Shown here piece by piece: positions 58,254 through 64,000 of a DNA stretch of 64,000 nucleotides. A model generated the notes under the pieces. The model was not told where the DNA came from. It saw nothing but the letters and a program-made list of their open reading frames with translations, and searched no databases. Where the stretch lies: contig JAJXXC010000004.1 in NCBI GenBank assembly GCA_021781215.1, positions 66,975-130,974 of the forward strand, written 5' to 3'. Both the position numbers and the translations under genes were made by a program. The DNA is from a bacterium. Its GTDB lineage: Bacteria > Patescibacteriota > Saccharimonadia > Saccharimonadales > DATKHC01. Numbering within the stretch: position 1 is the first letter of the stretch; each line of letters starts with the position of its first letter.

Positions 58254-59372
58254 ATGAAGATCGGCTTACAGAGAGACAAAATTACTACTAAGATCTTAGC
58301 TATGTATAAATTCATTATAAACCGTGAATGGCTCCTAGCGGTGTTGTTGACCCTAGTAATAGTTACAGTGGGATCAATTATTGGCATAGAAAATAATAAG
58401 ATTGCCTTATTCAACCCATCTCCAGTGTCTCGTTATGTTACAGAACCAACTAATAAATTGAGTTTTTTAGCTAACTGGGATGGTGTCGATTATATAAATA
58501 TTGCTAAGCACGGATATAGCTCGCCAAGCCTGACGAATTTCTTCTTGCTCTATCCAATAATACTCAACTTAGTAAACAAGATTATTAGCTCACCCCTGAT
58601 TAGTGGTCTAATTATTTCTTGGACATTTATGGTTGGAGCTATCTATTATTATCTAAAAGTTATTAAGCTATTTTTTCAGGTTGAAGATAACCTCGAAGCC
58701 GTAAAGGCAGTTTTTCTATTTATTCTTTTTCCAAGTTCAGTCTACTTAATGGCAGTATATACCGAGAGTCTATTCGCATTTCTATCTCTTGGAGCAATTT
58801 ATTACGCACTACAAAGAAGATATTTCATAGCTTCCTTTTTAACCACGCTTGCGTGCGTTACTCATGTCAATGGAGTGTTTTTACTCATACTGGTCGGACT
58901 AATATTAATTGAACAGAAGGAAAAATTGCGTAATGTATTCATAGGTTTAGTTATTGGCAGTATCGGCATGATTAGCTACATGGGCTACTTATGGGCTCAC
59001 TACCATAATCCATTTGAATTTATATCAGCCCAACATAATCATGGATGGCTTCGTCACTCTTTATTCAGTCACTTAAATAGCTTTAGTGGAGTAGATTTTA
59101 TATTTGCACTAGTTACTATAGCTGCTGTTATCTATTGGTGGAAACGTAGAAAAAGTTTTGCAATATACTCCTTCTTATACCTGCTTATTCCTCTTATAGG
59201 TGGGCAATTCGGTGGCTTCCCAAGATATACTCTAATGATTTTTCCCCTGCAGTTTATGTTTTATGATTATTTTCGTAATAAGAAACTTGGTTACCAAATA
59301 GTTTTAATTTTATTTAGTATCGGTTGGACTTATATATTATTGCAATTTGCGGCCGGCTATATTGTTAGCTAG
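58254..59372 (+). CDS. PIG-V-like GT-C mannosyltransferase family membrane protein (paralog)
   Basis: 372 aa, colinear with 54142..55272 (SFLANWDGVDYINIAKHGY..., YWWKRRKSF, GGQFGGFPRY). The start may instead be the ATG at 58302. Confidence 0.6.
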   Translation: MKIGLQRDKITTKILAMYKFIINREWLLAVLLTLVIVTVGSIIGIENNKIALFNPSPVSRYVTEPTNKLSFLANWDGVDYINIAKHGYSSPSLTNFFLLYPIILNLVNKIISSPLISGLIISWTFMVGAIYYYLKVIKLFFQVEDNLEAVKAVFLFILFPSSVYLMAVYTESLFAFLSLGAIYYALQRRYFIASFLTTLACVTHVNGVFLLILVGLILIEQKEKLRNVFIGLVIGSIGMISYMGYLWAHYHNPFEFISAQHNHGWLRHSLFSHLNSFSGVDFIFALVTIAAVIYWWKRRKSFAIYSFLYLLIPLIGGQFGGFPRYTLMIFPLQFMFYDYFRNKKLGYQIVLILFSIGWTYILLQFAAGYIVS

Positions 59373-59376
59373 ATTT

Positions 59377-60351
59377 CTATAATAATTTAGAAATTTGCTT
59401 AGCTATTCTATGAGCATGATATTTCAATGGCGATATCGGTAATTCCCAAGTTCCTGAATAAAATACTTCCTGGCCACCAAAACTGCGTTTAAATTCACTA
59501 AATCCTGCCCATGGATGATTAGGCCCTGCCCCATTAGGAGCAATTCCCCAAAGATCAAAACGTTCAAAACCTTCAGCTTTAGAATCAGTAATCATTTTCC
59601 AAACCAAAGGCGCTGTAGCTCTCAAATTCCTAGCGTTAGGATCGTTGCCGGTATACGAATAGGCACGAGTCTGTAAATAATCCATACAAAGAGTTGCAGA
59701 CACTACCTTCCCTTGATGCTCGGCAATAAAGAATTTAATATTGCCGGTTGGCAGCAATGTTTCGACCAAAGTTTTATAATATGAATCTGGATATGAATGA
59801 AAGTGACGAGTGTCAGCCGTCGCATGTATTAAATTTAAAAATGGCTCAAGATTGCTTATGTCAGTACTTGATCTGAGTATTAACCCACGGCGCTCAGCTC
59901 CATTAATCGTATTACGGTGCGATGAACTTAGCTTAGATTTAAGGACTTCGGGTGTTTGCTTGAGGTCAATTATTAATGATTCTTGTGGCTGAACCGATTT
60001 AGTTCTACGCATACCACTACTTGCGATAGTTTTCATGGAAACACCAATTGGCTCGCAACGTATAAAATCCAAGCTTAGAGCTTTAGCAGCTGTCTTTAAA
60101 CTCAATAAAGCCTCATTTAGACTATCTGGATTAGATATGGTTGGACCATACGGTACATAAAGATAGCGCACACCCTTACCGTTAATAATTACCGCCATCC
60201 AGCTCCAATCAGGGTTATCTGCCCAGATTACTGGATGCCCAAGAGCTTGTTGAAATAATGCCCATGGTCTACCCTGTAGCATATGAGCATTACGTACTTT
60301 TTGCTGCTCATCCCATGTTATAGCGGGTAGGCCTTGATTGAACTGATTCAT
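59377..60351 (-). CDS. FemAB/FemX-family peptidoglycan interpeptide-bridge aminoacyltransferase
   Basis: Colinear with FemX-type proteins (LQGRPWALFQQALG, YLYVPYGP, RFDLWG). Start set at the internal ATG (MNQFNQ...); the track ORF extends to 60486 and would overlap the divergent MFS gene. Confidence 0.7.
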   Translation of the reverse strand: MNQFNQGLPAITWDEQQKVRNAHMLQGRPWALFQQALGHPVIWADNPDWSWMAVIINGKGVRYLYVPYGPTISNPDSLNEALLSLKTAAKALSLDFIRCEPIGVSMKTIASSGMRRTKSVQPQESLIIDLKQTPEVLKSKLSSSHRNTINGAERRGLILRSSTDISNLEPFLNLIHATADTRHFHSYPDSYYKTLVETLLPTGNIKFFIAEHQGKVVSATLCMDYLQTRAYSYTGNDPNARNLRATAPLVWKMITDSKAEGFERFDLWGIAPNGAGPNHPWAGFSEFKRSFGGQEVFYSGTWELPISPLKYHAHRIAKQISKLL

Positions 60352-60432
60352 ACAAGTAATTGTAGATAATTTTAAAGTCATAGTACAGTTCATAATTTTT
60401 AAAATTACTCCTGGACATGCTATCATTTTATA

Positions 60433-61989
60433 ATGACCGGGGAGATTGTAAACAAAAAGACTGATAGTTTTATCGAAAAAAGCCATGAAGAGATTATGGT
60501 GATTATTTTTGCATTGATGCTCGCAATGCTACTAGGGTCCCTGGACCAAACCATAGTAGCAACTGCCCTCCCCAAAATTGCAACCGACCTACATGGACTG
60601 AATAAATTATCTTGGGTTGCTACTGCTTATCTATTAACCTCAGCTATCTCCACGCCTCTATATGGTAAAATTGGTGACCAGTTTGGAAGAAAAAAAATCT
60701 TTCAGTTCTCAATTGTCCTGTTCTTAATTGGTTCAGCTTTTTGTGGTATATCCCAAAATATGGACCAATTAGTTGCCTTCAGAGCCCTGCAAGGTATAGG
60801 CGCGGGAGGGCTGATGTCGTTGTCTATGACCATAGTCGGAGACGTTGTTTCACCTCGTCAAAGGGGAAAATATTTAGGCTATTTTGGCGCTGTATTTGCA
60901 ATTTCAAGTGTCGCTGGCCCATTGCTTGGTGGCTTCTTTACCGATAGCCTATCTTGGAGATGGGTATTTTATATCAACATACCACTAGGTATCATTGCAC
61001 TTTTAGTAATAGCCGCCAGACTTCACCTGCCAGTTAAAAAAACCGTTCACAAAATAGACTACTTGGGCAGCGGCCTGTTAATTGCCACGGCAACACCAAT
61101 AATTTTAGCAACAGTTTGGGGCGGCATAACTCATCCATGGGGGTCCTCGACAATCATCGGACTTTATGCCTTTGGAATATTTGCGATGATTCTGTTTATT
61201 CTATGGGAAAGAAGAGCTAAAGAAGCTATTTTGCCAACCCACTTATTCAAAAACGATATCTTCACTATGTCGATGATCCTATCAGTACTCGTCGGCATGG
61301 CAATGTTTGCAGCGATTTTATTTATTCCAGAATACCAGCAAATTGTTCGAGGCTATTCGGCAATAAAATCCGGGTTACTGTTACTGCCATTGGTTGCTGG
61401 AATGTTAATCACATTGGTTACTTCTGGTAGGCTGATCACTAAGTATGGTCACTACCGACCATTTCCAATCCTAGGAGCGATAATCACCACAATCGGGATG
61501 TGGTTGTTCTCTGGCCTAACACTTAAAACCACTCAGCTTCAATTATCAATTTGGATGGTCGTCTTAGGAATCGGTCTGGGCATGTTTATGCAGGTGATGA
61601 CATTAGCGGTTCAAAATGCAGTAGATCATTCTGAGATTGGCGTAGCAACAGCATCAGCTACATTTTTTAGAAGTATTGGTAGCTCTCTGGGAGGTGCTAT
61701 ATTTGGCGCTATTTTAACAAATCGGCTAGCATTTCACTTAAAACAATTACTCCCTATAGCCAGCGACAAAGTTAATAGCCTAACGACAAGTATCCAAAAT
61801 GGCATCTCAGCAGCCGATATCAATCAGATGCCACCGAATGTATCACATGCTATTTTCAAGGCTTTCGTATTATCTTTTCACGATATGTTTTTACTAGGAA
61901 TACCAATATTGATTCTAGCCCTCATTGCCGCCCTATTCCTGAGAGAGACACCACTAAGAACAACTGTCAAAACACCAGAAGTAATCTAG
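60433..61989 (+). CDS. MFS transporter, DHA2 (EmrB/QacA-like, 14 TM)
   Basis: 518 aa with LDQTIVATALPKI and GKIGDQFGRKK motifs. The start could instead be 60496. Confidence 0.85.
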   Translation: MTGEIVNKKTDSFIEKSHEEIMVIIFALMLAMLLGSLDQTIVATALPKIATDLHGLNKLSWVATAYLLTSAISTPLYGKIGDQFGRKKIFQFSIVLFLIGSAFCGISQNMDQLVAFRALQGIGAGGLMSLSMTIVGDVVSPRQRGKYLGYFGAVFAISSVAGPLLGGFFTDSLSWRWVFYINIPLGIIALLVIAARLHLPVKKTVHKIDYLGSGLLIATATPIILATVWGGITHPWGSSTIIGLYAFGIFAMILFILWERRAKEAILPTHLFKNDIFTMSMILSVLVGMAMFAAILFIPEYQQIVRGYSAIKSGLLLLPLVAGMLITLVTSGRLITKYGHYRPFPILGAIITTIGMWLFSGLTLKTTQLQLSIWMVVLGIGLGMFMQVMTLAVQNAVDHSEIGVATASATFFRSIGSSLGGAIFGAILTNRLAFHLKQLLPIASDKVNSLTTSIQNGISAADINQMPPNVSHAIFKAFVLSFHDMFLLGIPILILALIAALFLRETPLRTTVKTPEVI

Positions 61990-62459
61990 AAAACACTAGC
62001 CTGCAATAGAGCTACTCTGCCAAGATCAACGAATTCTTTCTGTCGCATAAGGTTGTCGAGCAAAAGGCTAGCTTCATCCACTTGCCTTTGGGTAACTTCT
62101 CTTTCTAGCTCTAAGTTAGCTAAATTATCCAAATAGATAATAGTATTCTCCAGTATCACGCTATTAGCTAGATGTTTGGTATTCACGTCACTAAGTATGA
62201 GTCTCATTAAATCTTCATGGGGCTTAATTGGTGGCTCAATATTTTTATGTATCTCTTGATGTAAATCCAACCTCATTACATCCACGAAGCCCGGAAAAAT
62301 CCTATACGCCTCGTACAGTTCTTTATACTCATGGCTCCTAAAAGCAGGACCGTGATAAAACTTCTTATCAAATATCATACGATGTCGCTCTACCTGTTTA
62401 TTACCAGATAAACGATTGCCTGCTTGATCTATATATATTCGTTTGGATTTCTTAGTCAC
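61986..62459 (-). CDS. hypothetical 157-aa protein
   Basis: Clean ORF with no recognisable motif. Confidence 0.45.
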   Translation of the reverse strand: MTKKSKRIYIDQAGNRLSGNKQVERHRMIFDKKFYHGPAFRSHEYKELYEAYRIFPGFVDVMRLDLHQEIHKNIEPPIKPHEDLMRLILSDVNTKHLANSVILENTIIYLDNLANLELEREVTQRQVDEASLLLDNLMRQKEFVDLGRVALLQASVF

Positions 62460-62566
62460 AAAATCACTCTATTACTTTTGAATTTTATATAAATAAATTA
62501 AATCATTTATAAACTAATTCTTGCAAGCATTAGCACATCTAAGTCAAATATAACCTTCACAATTTA

Positions 62567-63604
62567 CTAGTTAGGTGACAAATAATACATTAATTGACCC
62601 GTAGAATTCCCCATAATAGTGTTTGTCTCCATTTGTCCATTACCAGTTGTTGGATCTATAGTAGCAGAATCACCATAAATAAAGGTCGGCTGCTTGCCTC
62701 CAGCAATGACTATCTCGACATGACCACCATTATAACTAAAATAGGCTACATCGCCAGGCCTAGGAATATAACCAGACAGGGCAGAATGTAATGTAAGTCC
62801 CATATACTGGATATTATTGGCGTTATTCTCATCCCAGCCATTGGCTGACCCTTGGGTAAACGGAAAGCCCGCCTCTTTATATACGTAGCTAACAAAGTCC
62901 GCACACCATTCTTCATTCGGAGACCCGTCGGTATAGCTTGATAAGAGAGCCATGTGATTAATGCTCCCGGATTGCCAAGTAGTCCATTCTTTCTCGGCAC
63001 TGCAAGCAATTAGCGCACCCTCACTAGTTAAGCCAGAGCAGCTTGTATTTAGAATTTTAGTCGAGCCGGTGAATGCAACTGGTGACCAAATCTCAACCGA
63101 TTTATTTAAATTTTTACATGAGTCAATGAATAGCGACTGTTCAGGGTTATTAATAGAGGCCGATAAACACAGTGTGCTATTAGGATTTCTATATCCACCC
63201 CTATCCCTAAGCCAAATTTGCCCCGGCGATCCATCACATGGGTTCATAACAACTTTAGATCCTCTGCTTTTGGCATTATTGGCTACGCTAAGGCAGTACT
63301 TATTATCATGAACAATATTTATGCCCCTTACGGTCCATATTTGCGCCTGACTGCTATTGCAGCCCCAAGCTTCAACTAAATTAGAGTTTGATAATTTGTT
63401 CTGATAATCGTCCATACAATAACCACTGGAAGCTAATTTGATGTTTGGGTTATCACTATACCTATAATGTAAATGGTGTTGAATACTGAAAAAGCCAATT
63501 ATAATTAAAAAAACACCCAAGATAACTTTCGGTATAATGTTAGTTGATTTATTTTTAGGCTTAGCCTGAACGCCTCGTCTAGAATAACTATTTGGTCTTT
63601 GCAT
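62567..63604 (-). CDS. membrane-anchored ricin-B-lectin plus CHAP-domain peptidoglycan hydrolase
   Basis: 345 aa with an N-terminal TM helix and QxW repeats (AQIWTV, GQIWLR, VEIWSP). The CHAP catalytic Cys sits in the context EWCADFVSYVYKEAG, and the His in GGHVEIVI. Confidence 0.7.
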   Translation of the reverse strand: MQRPNSYSRRGVQAKPKNKSTNIIPKVILGVFLIIIGFFSIQHHLHYRYSDNPNIKLASSGYCMDDYQNKLSNSNLVEAWGCNSSQAQIWTVRGINIVHDNKYCLSVANNAKSRGSKVVMNPCDGSPGQIWLRDRGGYRNPNSTLCLSASINNPEQSLFIDSCKNLNKSVEIWSPVAFTGSTKILNTSCSGLTSEGALIACSAEKEWTTWQSGSINHMALLSSYTDGSPNEEWCADFVSYVYKEAGFPFTQGSANGWDENNANNIQYMGLTLHSALSGYIPRPGDVAYFSYNGGHVEIVIAGGKQPTFIYGDSATIDPTTGNGQMETNTIMGNSTGQLMYYLSPN

Positions 63605-63748
63605 AACACTTTTTTGTTTTATTGATTAACTCAAATTATAGTATAAAAAACCATTACTAGCCATTATACCGACAAGATTAATAACGCCTCAAATCAAGAT
63701 AACCAAATCCGATATCAGTTATTACAGATAAGCTGTTATAATAAGTAA

Positions 63749-64000
63749 ATGCAGAAGCTAAAAGAAGACGAAATAACAGAATCCTTCAATAAGCTTGATG
63801 GTTGGAAAATAGAAAACAATACCTTAACTAAAGATTTTGGTTTCAAAGGTTTTTCAACTGCGCTCAGTTTCATGAACCAATTAGCGCCATTGGCCGAAAA
63901 ATTAAATCATCACCCGGATTGGTCTAATTCATATAATCGAGTATCTGTTAAGCTAACCACTCACCAGGCTCATGGTCTAACTAAAAATGACTTTGTATTC
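63749..64000 (+). CDS. pterin-4-alpha-carbinolamine dehydratase (partial, runs off the window end)
   Basis: Manual translation gives MQKLKEDEITESFNKLDGWKIENNTLTKDFGFKGFSTALSFMNQLAPLAEKLNHHPDWSNSYNRVSVKLTTH, containing the PCD/DCoH HHPDW motif. Confidence 0.8.
   Translation, partial: MQKLKEDEITESFNKLDGWKIENNTLTKDFGFKGFSTALSFMNQLAPLAEKLNHHPDWSNSYNRVSVKLTTHQAHGLTKNDFVF

Noticed and set aside
1-64000. Possibility of an alternative genetic code (UGA recoding, as in some candidate phyla)
   Set aside because: Well-conserved genes end at TGA at their expected lengths, for example gatA at 4010-4008 and the Fur-family gene at 50942-50940. Full-length conserved ORFs are recovered with the standard code.
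1-64000. CRISPR arrays, rRNA genes, transposase/IS elements
   Set aside because: No regularly spaced direct repeats, no rRNA-like conserved stretches, and no transposase-like ORFs were seen. The only mobility genes are the serine recombinase and the HTH genes in the island.

Overview
Low-GC, gene-dense bacterial window using the standard code: conserved genes such as gatA end at TGA. The gene content looks like a reduced Patescibacteria/Saccharibacteria-type genome (gatCAB, split transketolase, a compact pentose-phosphate and lower-glycolysis cluster, many small redoxins); this taxon call is inference only. About 1-25.4 kb is housekeeping: dnaE (partial), gatCAB, uvrB, the sugar-phosphate cluster, trxB, pheST, rmuC, and metK behind a SAM riboswitch. 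A tRNA-Gln(CUG) at 25.7 kb anchors an accessory island running to about 36.1 kb. It carries a large serine recombinase whose stop codon lies inside the tRNA, a KAP P-loop NTPase, and a decayed plus an intact terminase-small-subunit-like HTH gene. It also carries DUF4352, an XRE regulator, and a two-gene operon (113 aa plus a 527 aa nucleotidyltransferase-fold protein with Rx4H motifs) that is the best candidate for an undescribed conflict system. Beyond that lie short single-gene modules separated by a mosaic repeat family that contains a tRNA-Gln-like relic. The remainder encodes two ABC-2 exporters, trehalase, an MMPL transporter, an acyl-ACP desaturase, a Fur-headed rhodanese/persulfide-dioxygenase-like operon with a perfect 31-bp palindrome, RelA/SpoT, a WhiB-like gene behind a structured RNA region, two PIG-V-like GT-C paralogs, FemAB, an MFS pump, and a CHAP-ricin hydrolase. 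No rRNA genes or CRISPR arrays were seen.
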